Part shown: positions 49,163 through 57,864 of the stretch, piece after piece | How positions within the stretch are numbered: the first letter of the stretch is position 1 | Layout: every line of letters starts with the position of its first letter | NCBI GenBank assembly: GCA_016779705.1 | Contig: JADHNB010000001.1 | Span: 1,434-65,433 of the forward strand | Origin: Poseidonia sp. | GTDB lineage: Archaea > Thermoplasmatota > Poseidoniia > Poseidoniales > Poseidoniaceae | Direction: 5' to 3' | Length of the DNA: 64,000 nucleotides | Translations under genes and position numbers: made by a program | The notes under the pieces: generated by a model | Databases searched by the model: none | Seen by the model: only the letters and a program-made list of their open reading frames with translations | Told to the model about the DNA's origin: nothing

Positions 49163-50073
49163 ACAAGCGCCTCGCTGCCTGGGGAGCGATTCTCTTGGGC
49201 TTGGCCGCCTATTTTTTCGTTGACATGGCGGGTGATTGGGGTCGGCTAAGTGGTGGCTGGGGTAACCTCCAACGGTTCTTCGCCGAGAGTCTTTGGCCGC
49301 CCAATTGGTCCGTGCTCGAAGCCCAATCGTATCCGGTGTGCGATGCGACCTTCGAATTCACCTGTTCCGTCGCTTGGATCGGAATGTGGGAAACCATCAA
49401 AATCGCCTTCGTCGCTACGGTGATTGGATTCTTGGTGGCGTTGCCGCTCTCGGTCTTGGCGGCCAGCAACCTCTCGCCCATCGAGGTCGCCCTCCCCGTC
49501 CGCATTCTCCTCGCCGGTATGCGAAGCCTTCCTTCCATCATCTGGGCGGTGCTGTTCATGATCATCTTCGACATCGGCGCTTTAGCTGGTATTTTCGCCA
49601 TGTCGTTCTACACCGTAGGGTACCTTGGGAAACTTCAGTTTGAGTCGATGGAGGGCATCAAAAACGCCCCCCTTGAAGCGGCCAAGGCCATGGGCATGAG
49701 TCGCTCCGAAACGGCTTGGTTGGTGGCCATTCCCGAATCGGCCAACAACCTCGTCAGCCACGTTCTGTTCATGTTCGAGTACAATGTTCGCCACGGTACG
49801 GTGATTGGATTGGTCGGTGCCGGTGGCATCGGCTTGTACATCAACACCTACCTGAAACTCGCTCAGTACGACAAGGTGGTCGCCCTGTTGTTGGTGGTGT
49901 TCGTGGTGGTGGTGCTCATCGATGCCCTTTCGATGATCGTCCGTTCAGCGGTGACCGAGGAAGGTGACGTCGAGCGCCCCTCGTGGTCCTCCTTGTTCTT
50001 ACCTGCCTCGATTTCATCGGCCATGCATCCAACGCCGATGCGCAAGGATGCCGATGTTCATGAAAGCGAATGA
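49159..50073 (+). CDS. ABC transporter permease (PhnE/PtxC-like)
   Basis: ETIKIA, RSLPSIIWA, GYLGKL..ESME, EAAKAMG loop, FEYNVR..TVIGLVGAGGIG. Confidence 0.9.
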   Translation: MNKRLAAWGAILLGLAAYFFVDMAGDWGRLSGGWGNLQRFFAESLWPPNWSVLEAQSYPVCDATFEFTCSVAWIGMWETIKIAFVATVIGFLVALPLSVLAASNLSPIEVALPVRILLAGMRSLPSIIWAVLFMIIFDIGALAGIFAMSFYTVGYLGKLQFESMEGIKNAPLEAAKAMGMSRSETAWLVAIPESANNLVSHVLFMFEYNVRHGTVIGLVGAGGIGLYINTYLKLAQYDKVVALLLVVFVVVVLIDALSMIVRSAVTEEGDVERPSWSSLFLPASISSAMHPTPMRKDADVHESE

Positions 50074-50075
50074 AT

Positions 50076-50291
50076 TCAATCCGCTGCGATGTGAAGGGCG
50101 CCTTCTTTATAGAAAATTTGGATGCGGTCGGCGGCTTTCTTGGACAGGGCCGCCACGGCTTCGTACACTTCGTCTTCCGTGACCTTGAACGCCTTGGCGG
50201 CGTTTTTGGTTGACCATGGCTGCAAGTGGAAGTCGCTTTTGACCAGCCACTTCAACAATTTTGCCTCAAACTCGGTTAACTCGTCGGCCAT
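50076..50291 (-). CDS. Small hypothetical protein, winged-helix-like
   Basis: 71 aa; LTEFEAKLLKWL...STKNAAKAFKVTEDEVYEAVAAL helix pattern. Confidence 0.6.
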   Translation of the reverse strand: MADELTEFEAKLLKWLVKSDFHLQPWSTKNAAKAFKVTEDEVYEAVAALSKKAADRIQIFYKEGALHIAAD

Positions 50292-50334
50292 GTTCATCCA
50301 TGGCGCCGTCCCTCAAAATAGCACCGATGGGCGC

Positions 50335-51333
50335 TCATCCAAGGGCGACCATTCGGCGACAGCATTCTTCAGCGTCAATGTCGCCGTTGAGCAAGGTGTT
50401 GAGGGCTTTCGTGAACGGAATGTTCAGGTTGGCGTCCTCGGCGCGTTCAACAAACATTCGCGTGGCTCGAACGCCTTCCGCCACCATGTGCATCTCGCCG
50501 AGCGCTTCGTCCAGGGTCAAACCCGTCCCGAGTTTCTCGCCCATCGTCCGGTTTCGGCCGTGCGGCGAGGTCGCCGTGACATACATGTCGCCCAAGCCAG
50601 CAGGGCCGAAGGCGACCTCAGCCCGAGCACCCAATTCCGCTAGCAACAAGCACCCTTCCTTGAATCCCGACATGAAAATGGCGGCTTTCAGATTGTCACC
50701 GCCCAAATCGCCGACCTGCTTGAGCCCATCAACCAAGCCGCAGGCCAAGGCGACGACGTTTTTGTACGCCCCCCAAAGTTCCGCCCCCACCGGGTCGCTG
50801 GCTGGATGCAGGATGAAACTCGGTGTGCTCAAGGTTTGTGCAAGTCGTTGAGCGATGGCCTGGTCTTCACTGGCGACCAAGGCGGTCGTCATCACGCCTC
50901 CAGCGGCTTCAGGAGCGATGGTGGGGCCGGTCAGCACGGCCAGGGGGTTCGTCTTCCCCTCTTCTTTGAGCCGAGTGTGGATGGCTTCGGAGATCAACCG
51001 CTTCCCAGGCGCAAGACCTTTGGCGAGGTCGAGGAGCACGTGCCGTGGTTGAAGGTGGGGAAGAACATCTTCCAAGACGTCCAAAATGACCGATGAAGGG
51101 ACGGCCAACACCACAATTTCGCTGCCTTCAATGGCTTCCTCCAGACGCATGGTCACGTCAAGTCCTGGGACGGGATGATGGGGGAGGTACTTTTCGTTGA
51201 CCTCGTTCATGGTGATGGTTTCGTACACTTCTTGCTCAATGGTCCAACCTTTGACCTTGTGGCCTTCCAACAACCACAATCGCGCAATGGCAGTCCCCCA
51301 ATTGCCCAAACCAAGAACTGCCACGTGTGCCAT
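50335..51333 (-). CDS. gpsA: NAD(P)H-dependent glycerol-3-phosphate dehydrogenase
   Basis: VLGLGNWGTA, LAVPS, AKGL, GPTIAPE, GAYKNVVALACG, GLGDMYVT, RNRTMG, AEGV. Confidence 0.93.
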   Translation of the reverse strand: MAHVAVLGLGNWGTAIARLWLLEGHKVKGWTIEQEVYETITMNEVNEKYLPHHPVPGLDVTMRLEEAIEGSEIVVLAVPSSVILDVLEDVLPHLQPRHVLLDLAKGLAPGKRLISEAIHTRLKEEGKTNPLAVLTGPTIAPEAAGGVMTTALVASEDQAIAQRLAQTLSTPSFILHPASDPVGAELWGAYKNVVALACGLVDGLKQVGDLGGDNLKAAIFMSGFKEGCLLLAELGARAEVAFGPAGLGDMYVTATSPHGRNRTMGEKLGTGLTLDEALGEMHMVAEGVRATRMFVERAEDANLNIPFTKALNTLLNGDIDAEECCRRMVALG

Positions 51334-51427
51334 GTCAATCGTCGGTTTCGCCCCTTCGTTGGTTTATACCATTTCGGGAACAAATTCGGTGGTGAAGCCC
51401 GTTTGTGAACGGTTCAAGCGGCGCCAA

Positions 51428-52576
51428 TCAGAACAGGTCGTCGTCGTCGTCTTCGAAATCGAAGATGTCGTCGCCTTCGTTGGAAGCCGCTTCAGCCTGC
51501 TTGGGAGGCGTCTCCACCGTTTCTTCGGGGGCCGTCGCCTCGAGCGCCGCTTCCGGGACCTCGGGAACGACCTCTTCGGCGGCCCCTCGTTCTTGGGCGA
51601 TGGCGGTTTCTTTGGAGCGAAGCTCTTCTTCGCTTTTGCCGGTCTGCAGCGACAGCGCACGACGACGGTCTTCTCGGGCTTTTCGTTCGAGTTGCTTGTG
51701 GCGTGATTTCTCGATGTTTTGCATCATGTACATGGCATCGTGCTCCAAAAGGGGCGAATCCGAGATCAAGGTGATGTCCAGCCAGCCGCCATCTTCGACG
51801 ATAAATTCAGCCAACGGCTCAAAGTTGAGGTCGGATTTCTTGATTTGCGTGTAATGCATGGCGTTACCGGTGCGGTGTTCAACACCGGAGAAATGGCAGT
51901 AAAACTCCTTGGTACCGATGGATTCACGGACCGTATCGAAGAGTTCTCCATAGTCTTCAGAGGTTCGCATTTGGCCGTGGCCTCGAGCGTGGATGTGGGC
52001 AATGTTCAGGACAGGGACCGCCCCTTCAACGTGGTTGACGACTTCCAGAACTTCCTCAAGGCTGCCCCAGAGTTCCTGTCGACCTGAGGTCTCGACCCCG
52101 ATCTTGGAAGGCGTCCCGTTTTTGATCCAAGGGAACACCGGAAATTCATCTTCATCGTCGTGCCAGATGTCGTGAATTCGGTCAACGATTCCGCTGATGA
52201 CGTTGGCCACTTGCTCGTTGGCGGCTTGGCCACGCCCAAATCCGCCGTAGTGGCCGGTGTGGAGCGTGATGTGTCGGGCGTTGATGGTGCGCGCCGCTTG
52301 GAGGGTGGCTTCGATTTTCGCCAAGGAACGACCCCGTTCCACTCGATCACCGAGCAACTCCGAGTAATAGGGGCCGTGAATGTTCATCTCGAAATCGGTT
52401 TTGTTGGCCAAAACCCCCGCTTGCCAGTACTGTTCAAAGTGCTGAGGGGCCACCATGCGGACGGTCTGAACCTCCATTGTTTCCAAGCCGAGGGAGATGA
52501 TGTCGTCCATGCCTTCGACGATGGTTCGTCCTTTGCAGGACAACGGAACCCCCGCTGGACCGAGTTTCACCGACAT
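51428..52576 (-). CDS. Endonuclease IV-like AP endonuclease (TIM barrel) with acidic tail
   Basis: LGPAGVP, IHGPYY, LHTG, VETSGR...GSLEE, HIHAR, HFSG, ISDSPLLEHDA. Confidence 0.82.
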   Translation of the reverse strand: MSVKLGPAGVPLSCKGRTIVEGMDDIISLGLETMEVQTVRMVAPQHFEQYWQAGVLANKTDFEMNIHGPYYSELLGDRVERGRSLAKIEATLQAARTINARHITLHTGHYGGFGRGQAANEQVANVISGIVDRIHDIWHDDEDEFPVFPWIKNGTPSKIGVETSGRQELWGSLEEVLEVVNHVEGAVPVLNIAHIHARGHGQMRTSEDYGELFDTVRESIGTKEFYCHFSGVEHRTGNAMHYTQIKKSDLNFEPLAEFIVEDGGWLDITLISDSPLLEHDAMYMMQNIEKSRHKQLERKAREDRRRALSLQTGKSEEELRSKETAIAQERGAAEEVVPEVPEAALEATAPEETVETPPKQAEAASNEGDDIFDFEDDDDDLF

Positions 52577-52719
52577 TCGTACCCCTCCCCCGAAACCTAC
52601 CCAAGGGGCATCACATGATAATCCCTTTCTGTTGGCTGTCCCCTTTAGACGGCCCTCGGGGTTGTTTTCGAGAATGAACGCATACGACTCTTCATGAAGG
52701 TGAGGCTTCAGGGTATTCC

Positions 52720-53448
52720 ATGGAGGCCCACGTGAAACGAGCGGTGGACGCGTTCAAGCAAGGGCTCCCCGTCTGCTTGTTTGATTCGGAAAAACGGGAA
52801 GGTGAAACCGACCTGTTGTTTCCTGCTTCCACGGCCTCGCCCGCTACCATGCGCCAACTTCGAAAGGACTGTGGCGGACTACTCTTTCTCGCCATCGGCG
52901 ACGAGGTGGGAGAGTGTTTCGGGTTGCCGTTTCTTCAAGACCTTCACACCACCGATGACGCCGTTGACCGCCATCCCGTCCTGCATCATTTGGTGACCAA
53001 TGACCTGCGTTACGACGCTCGTTCGGCCTTCACGTTGTCCCTGAATCATCGAGACACCTACACAGGAATCACCGACCACGACCGAGCCCTGACGACCCGA
53101 AGGTTTGCTGAGTTAGCCTCTGCTTGCTTAAGCGAAGGCGTGGCCGGCGAGCCGGCGATGAAACGGCTAGGTGAAGAGTTTCGAACCCCCGGCCACATTC
53201 CCGTGTGCCGCGAGGCCAAAGGCGGTCTTGCGGTCCGGCAAGGCCATACTGAACTGGCCGTGGGGCTGGCTCGCTTGGCCCAAACGACGCCCGTCGTGAT
53301 CGGTGCCGAAATGTTGCAGCCCGATGGCGACCACGCCTTGGCCGTCGCCGAGGCGCGTGCATGGGCTGCACAACGCAACATTCCGTTTTTGGAAGGTGCC
53401 GATGTGGTGGCCGCCCTGCAAGGCGAAGCGGCACCGTCATCCTCTTGA
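52720..53448 (+). CDS. ribB: 3,4-dihydroxy-2-butanone-4-phosphate synthase (archaeal type)
   Basis: DSEKREGETDL, SAFTLSLNHRDTYTGITDHDRALT, FRTPGH, RQGHTE. Confidence 0.93.
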   Translation: MEAHVKRAVDAFKQGLPVCLFDSEKREGETDLLFPASTASPATMRQLRKDCGGLLFLAIGDEVGECFGLPFLQDLHTTDDAVDRHPVLHHLVTNDLRYDARSAFTLSLNHRDTYTGITDHDRALTTRRFAELASACLSEGVAGEPAMKRLGEEFRTPGHIPVCREAKGGLAVRQGHTELAVGLARLAQTTPVVIGAEMLQPDGDHALAVAEARAWAAQRNIPFLEGADVVAALQGEAAPSSS

Positions 53449-53481
53449 AGCGACGCCCCAACCCCTCAAACAGGTGCTTGC

Positions 53482-53922
53482 ATGAAACGAATCATGGCGG
53501 TTGGCGTGTTTGACCTGCTGCACGCTGGGCACCTTCACTATCTCGAACAAGCCAAAGCTCTCGGCGAACACCTCACCGTTGTCGTGGCTCACGATGACAC
53601 GGTTCGCCAGCGGAAGCATGAACCCGTCACCAACCAAGACCTCCGACGACGCATGGTGGCGGGCCTCAAACCCGTTGACGAGGTGGTCATTGGAAACCCA
53701 CCTGACGTCCCGATTTTCGATATTCTCCCTGTTATTCAACCGGATGTGATCGCCTTGGGCTATGACCAAGAACATGCGGAAGAGAACATTCGACAGGCGC
53801 TCACCCAACGCGGTTTTGCTTCCATCGAGGTGGTTCGTGTTGAAGGCCTGAGCGACGATTTGGACGGAACTCGGAAAATTATTGCCCGTATTTTGGAACG
53901 GGCTGAAAAGCAGGGGGCGTGA
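53482..53922 (+). CDS. ribL: Archaeal FAD synthase (cytidylyltransferase family)
   Basis: GVFDLLHAGHLHYL, VVAHD, LKPVD, PDVIALGYDQ; inside the rib operon. Confidence 0.85.
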   Translation: MKRIMAVGVFDLLHAGHLHYLEQAKALGEHLTVVVAHDDTVRQRKHEPVTNQDLRRRMVAGLKPVDEVVIGNPPDVPIFDILPVIQPDVIALGYDQEHAEENIRQALTQRGFASIEVVRVEGLSDDLDGTRKIIARILERAEKQGA

Positions 53923-54527
53923 AGGTGTTTACGGGCATTGTTCAAGGCACGGGACGGGTGCTTTCCGTGGTCACGACCCCGGCGGTGTGGACGTTCGGCA
54001 TTGAGCTGCCCGATGCAGAAGGATTGCTTCGAGGGGCGAGCGTGGCCGTCAACGGCGTGTGTTTGACGGCCACCACCATTAACGGCAACCAAGTCTCGTT
54101 TGACGTGATTCCCGAAACCCTCCAGCGCACCAATCTGGGTTCACTTGAGGTGGGTTCACCCGTTAACATCGAACGGTCGCTCAAGATGGGGGACGAATTG
54201 GGAGGCCATCTGCTCTCAGGGCACGTCATGGACGTGGGCGTGGTGACCCGTGCTGTGCCGGTTGGTGATGGGCGGGACCTGACGATCAAATGTCCTGAAA
54301 ACCTGCTCAAATACATTCACGAAAAGGGCTACATCGGCCTGAACGGGGCTTCGCTCACCGTCGGTCAATGCATCGGCGCCGAACTCAACGTGCATCTCAT
54401 TCCAGAAACCCTTCGCCTCACCACGTTTGAGGAGGTCGCGGTGGGCGACCAAGTGAACATTGAAATCGACGCCATGACCCAAACGGTGGTTGCCACCGTT
54501 GAGCGAATGATGAAACAGGAGAACTGA
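53919..54527 (+). CDS. ribE: Riboflavin synthase, bacterial alpha-chain type
   Basis: FTGIV, GASVAVNGVCLT, VNIERSL, GGHLLSGHV, GASLTV, VNIEID. Confidence 0.92.
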   Translation: MKVFTGIVQGTGRVLSVVTTPAVWTFGIELPDAEGLLRGASVAVNGVCLTATTINGNQVSFDVIPETLQRTNLGSLEVGSPVNIERSLKMGDELGGHLLSGHVMDVGVVTRAVPVGDGRDLTIKCPENLLKYIHEKGYIGLNGASLTVGQCIGAELNVHLIPETLRLTTFEEVAVGDQVNIEIDAMTQTVVATVERMMKQEN

Positions 54528-54538
54528 GAGGGACCACC

Positions 54539-54928
54539 ATGGGCAAGCGGGTTGGCTTTGTTTGCGGTTCGTTTCACCGCGATGAAGTGGAACGCATGCT
54601 GGCCTTTGCCACGGAAGAAGCGGGGCTTCTTGAGTTGACCGTTGGCGAAGTCGTCTGGGTGCCAGGCTCGATGGAAGTGCCGCTGGCCTTGGACCGTATG
54701 TTGGCAACGCACGACGCAGCTGCCTGCTTGGGGATCATCGAAAAAGGTGAGACGCAGCATGGTTTAGCGATGGGCCAAGCGGTGATCAAGACCGTGTTGG
54801 ACCTTCAACTCAAACACGACAAACCCATCGGGCTCGGCATCATCGGCCCCGGTGCAGAACCCCACCACATCGAACCTCGACTTGAGCCCCACGCCCGTGC
54901 GGCCGTACGGGCGGTGCTTCACGGTTGA
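54539..54928 (+). CDS. ribH: 6,7-dimethyl-8-ribityllumazine synthase
   Basis: VPGSMEVPLA, LGIIEKGETQH, KPIGLGIIGPG. Confidence 0.9.
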   Translation: MGKRVGFVCGSFHRDEVERMLAFATEEAGLLELTVGEVVWVPGSMEVPLALDRMLATHDAAACLGIIEKGETQHGLAMGQAVIKTVLDLQLKHDKPIGLGIIGPGAEPHHIEPRLEPHARAAVRAVLHG

Positions 54929-55031
54929 AGACAAGCCGGTGGGCCGGTTCTGAATTCGCTATCTCGTACGGAAGGGTTGCTTGTCCGTCAGCATGGCTAT
55001 AAACACCCTTCAACCGCCGAGGCCGAAGGCC

Positions 55032-55604
55032 ATGATTGATGTTCAACCCCCTGGCGGCCTTTTGGAGGTCAAGGAATCAACCGAGACCACGCAAGAAGGG
55101 TTGAATCAAATCCTCCTCGGCCGCAACCTTGACCGTATCATCACCTACGTCCAGATGAAAATGAACACGGCGATTGCGGTGAACTCAGAACTGTCCGCCA
55201 TCCGAACCCAGGTCATCCAAATGGGCTGGTTTTTGACCGTCGCTTTGGTGTTGGGGACGGGCGGTTTGAATTCATTTTTTGATTGGAATCAAAGCGCCTT
55301 GGTCATCTCCATCAGCGTCACGCTCCTTGTGGGCGTGATCGCCGCCGACTCGATTCGAACCTTGACCCAATACACGGACCTCATCATGGAGGAGCACCGA
55401 GCGTTCGAAACGCTCTACAGCGTCATCATTTGGAACGGCTTTGCCGATCTGGCGGCCATCACCAGCGAAGTTGGACGCATTGAGTTGGAGACCCGGCAAA
55501 AAGTGGACGACATGAACCGAAAGCATCGCTTGTTGACGGGCACCATTCTCCATTCGATGATTCATTTTGAGCGCCAAGCCGTGGAATTGAACTTGAATCG
55601 CTGA
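55032..55604 (+). CDS. Hypothetical two-TM protein
   Basis: 190 aa with two central TMs flanked by helical regions; TATAAA at about 54998. Confidence 0.6.
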   Translation: MIDVQPPGGLLEVKESTETTQEGLNQILLGRNLDRIITYVQMKMNTAIAVNSELSAIRTQVIQMGWFLTVALVLGTGGLNSFFDWNQSALVISISVTLLVGVIAADSIRTLTQYTDLIMEEHRAFETLYSVIIWNGFADLAAITSEVGRIELETRQKVDDMNRKHRLLTGTILHSMIHFERQAVELNLNR

Positions 55605-55630
55605 AGCGAAACAATTGGACGGTCCCGGCC

Positions 55631-56641
55631 TCAAGAGGAGGCTTGCAAGTTTGCCGAAGTTGAATCGCACGAGATGCGGACGCCCGCCTCGCGCAAGGTG
55701 GTGAGGACGTTGGATACCGTGTGCGTGTCAAGGTCTTCCGGTGGGTGCACACCACGTTCAAACAAGGGATTCGATGCCCATGCCTTGACGCAGGCGTAGG
55801 TCACCAAGCCGGTGGTTCTCGCCATGCTGGAGTCACCGTCCTTCCCGTGGTCTTCCACCGTCCACCGTGCATGGTGTTCGCCCGCTTCAACGGCGACCTC
55901 CATCCACGTGAACTCTTCAACATCGGGGTCAAATCGCCACGCTTCGACCAATTCCTCGGGCGAGGCCGTGCTGGCTTGATACCGCTGAATGTGGCCGGGC
56001 CAGCGCACGGTGTATTCGCCCATGTTGTTGACCGGCATGTCGATGAGCGAACGCAAACCGTCGGTCAGGAACGCCTCCATCGTGCGCCCGTTCGCTTGAA
56101 TGCGGTGCAAATCGCTCATGGCGGGCACCACCGTCGGTTGACTGTCCTTGACCACACGGGCAGGGCGCGTGTATTCGGCGATGACATCGTGAGGCGAAAA
56201 CGGTGCCATGTAGGACCATTCGCTATCGGGAAGGGACGGGTTTCCTCCGACTTTGATGGTCACGTTGTCCAAGCGGCCGAATTCACGGTGGGCCAACGCC
56301 ACGAGCATGTTCGACAATCCCGGGGCAACCCCTACGTCCCACAAAATCACGGCCGAACATCCTTCGAGGGCATCGGGGGTGGTCTCGGCGAACGACAGGT
56401 CAACGATTCGATAGGGGTGGGTGGCGAGGGAGGCGAGCAACTCGTGGCCAATGCTTCCAGGCACCATGTTCACGATGATGTCGGCGGAGGTGTGGTCGGC
56501 TTCGAAGGCGCTTTGGTGATGAAAATTGGCCGGTGTTTGGCGTGGGATCACGTCGTAGAGGTGAACCTCAAACCCCGCTTCAACCAATCTTCGGGTGACG
56601 AACGATCCCACCAATCCCCCGCCGAGGCAATGGATGCGCAT
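55631..56641 (-). CDS. Saccharopine dehydrogenase / lysine 6-dehydrogenase family
   Basis: LGGGLVG, DVGVAPGLSN, VGGNP, EYTRPAR, EAFLTDGLRSL, TVRWPGH, SSMARTTG. Confidence 0.85.
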   Translation of the reverse strand: MRIHCLGGGLVGSFVTRRLVEAGFEVHLYDVIPRQTPANFHHQSAFEADHTSADIIVNMVPGSIGHELLASLATHPYRIVDLSFAETTPDALEGCSAVILWDVGVAPGLSNMLVALAHREFGRLDNVTIKVGGNPSLPDSEWSYMAPFSPHDVIAEYTRPARVVKDSQPTVVPAMSDLHRIQANGRTMEAFLTDGLRSLIDMPVNNMGEYTVRWPGHIQRYQASTASPEELVEAWRFDPDVEEFTWMEVAVEAGEHHARWTVEDHGKDGDSSMARTTGLVTYACVKAWASNPLFERGVHPPEDLDTHTVSNVLTTLREAGVRISCDSTSANLQASS

Positions 56642-56727
56642 GGGTTTCGCTGAGTAAACGAGGCCTCAAACCTTCCTCCATGAAATCGGTAGGGAGAACT
56701 TATGTTGGTTGGTCAGCATTGCGGTTC

Positions 56728-57072
56728 ATGAGCATCCTTGCGAACTACGAAACGGCCTTTCAATCCGGCGACACCGACCTCCTCAACGAACTCATCCACG
56801 ATGACTGCAAGTTTTACCCTCATGTGGGCGGTGCGGTGATGACCAAGAGCGACATCATGGGTTTCGCTGGTAGCGGTGCAGTTCGAACCGAAAGCCATCG
56901 AATCTTGTACGAGAACGACGAGGTTGGCGTGGACCATTCCATCGCTCACTTTGCCAACGGTTCAACTTCAGAGGCCGTTCTCGTGTTCTATCGATTCAAG
57001 GACGGGCAAATCATCCATGTTGAAACCGGGGCCACGCCGCTCAGCGATGATTACATGCTGGTCGGTCAGTGA
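56728..57072 (+). CDS. SnoaL/NTF2-like protein
   Basis: AFQSGD..LNELIHDD N-terminus and FKDGQII C-terminus. Confidence 0.75.
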   Translation: MSILANYETAFQSGDTDLLNELIHDDCKFYPHVGGAVMTKSDIMGFAGSGAVRTESHRILYENDEVGVDHSIAHFANGSTSEAVLVFYRFKDGQIIHVETGATPLSDDYMLVGQ

Positions 57073-57084
57073 AGGGTTGAGCCA

Positions 57085-57762
57085 TCACAACAACGGGCCA
57101 ACCTGGACCCCAACAAGCAACACAAGCGTGGCGCAGACGGTGATGAGGATGTTGTCGTCGATGGGTCCGAATTCGTAGCGCTCAACAAAGGTCGCCACCG
57201 TGGCCGAGAGCAAGCCCCACACCGGAATGCTTGGGTCGCCGGCCTTCGCTGCGAACCAACCCATGGGGGCACTGACGATGAACATGAACACGTTCCCGAT
57301 GGGACTTTTGGACCGTTGCCGGACAACGGCGTTTCGCACAACGCCGGTGACGCCGTCCCCAAAGGCCATGAAGAGGGAGGGGACGATGGCCAACCAAGGG
57401 TCGCCCACCAACCACCATATGAGGGAAATGGACATCCACCACATCAACCCGAATTTGACATCGTTTTGGTTTTGTTCGGTTTGAAACCAGTGCATCACGA
57501 TACCGGCGCGATGGGAAGCGTACAGCAGGCTTGTCAGCAAGATGCCGCACACCATCGGGTACCATACATCGGTGAACAGGAAGGGAACGCTGAGTGAACC
57601 CACGCCGCCCGCAAACATGTGGACGATCTTACGGTTATAGTACACCGCCCGAATGTGCTCCATGCCCCTGTTCACCATCATGGCGTAGGGGATTTTGGTG
57701 GCGTAAAGCACCGCCATCACGTACACGCCCATGCCAAGCGCAGCCCCCAGTTGCGGGTCCAT
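57085..57762 (-). CDS. Dolichol/phytol kinase-like membrane protein
   Basis: RKIVHM, MAFGDGVTG, KSPIG, DDNILI; multiple TMs. Confidence 0.8.
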   Translation of the reverse strand: MDPQLGAALGMGVYVMAVLYATKIPYAMMVNRGMEHIRAVYYNRKIVHMFAGGVGSLSVPFLFTDVWYPMVCGILLTSLLYASHRAGIVMHWFQTEQNQNDVKFGLMWWMSISLIWWLVGDPWLAIVPSLFMAFGDGVTGVVRNAVVRQRSKSPIGNVFMFIVSAPMGWFAAKAGDPSIPVWGLLSATVATFVERYEFGPIDDNILITVCATLVLLVGVQVGPLL

Positions 57763-57864
57763 GGTGCCCACAACACCCACCGACTTCTATGGCTTTTGCA
57801 GCAAAAGCAGAGCGGGGGCGAATCTTCAAACACCCCCGCTCGTCACGAGCGAATGGGAAGCACC

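Noticed and set aside
47454-50073. Plain phosphonate/phosphite transporter phnDCE
   Set aside because: Binding protein lacks the STSG anion motif, has transferrin Fe ligands, sits behind DtxR-type boxes, and has no phosphonate catabolic genes nearby; the ATPase and permease are still Phn-like
47274-50073. Genomic island integrated at tRNA-Gln
   Set aside because: No integrase and no duplicated tRNA 3' end seen in the window
52577-52719. FMN riboswitch upstream of ribB
   Set aside because: No RFN consensus elements (AGGGUGAAAUUCCC, CCGACAGU) visible
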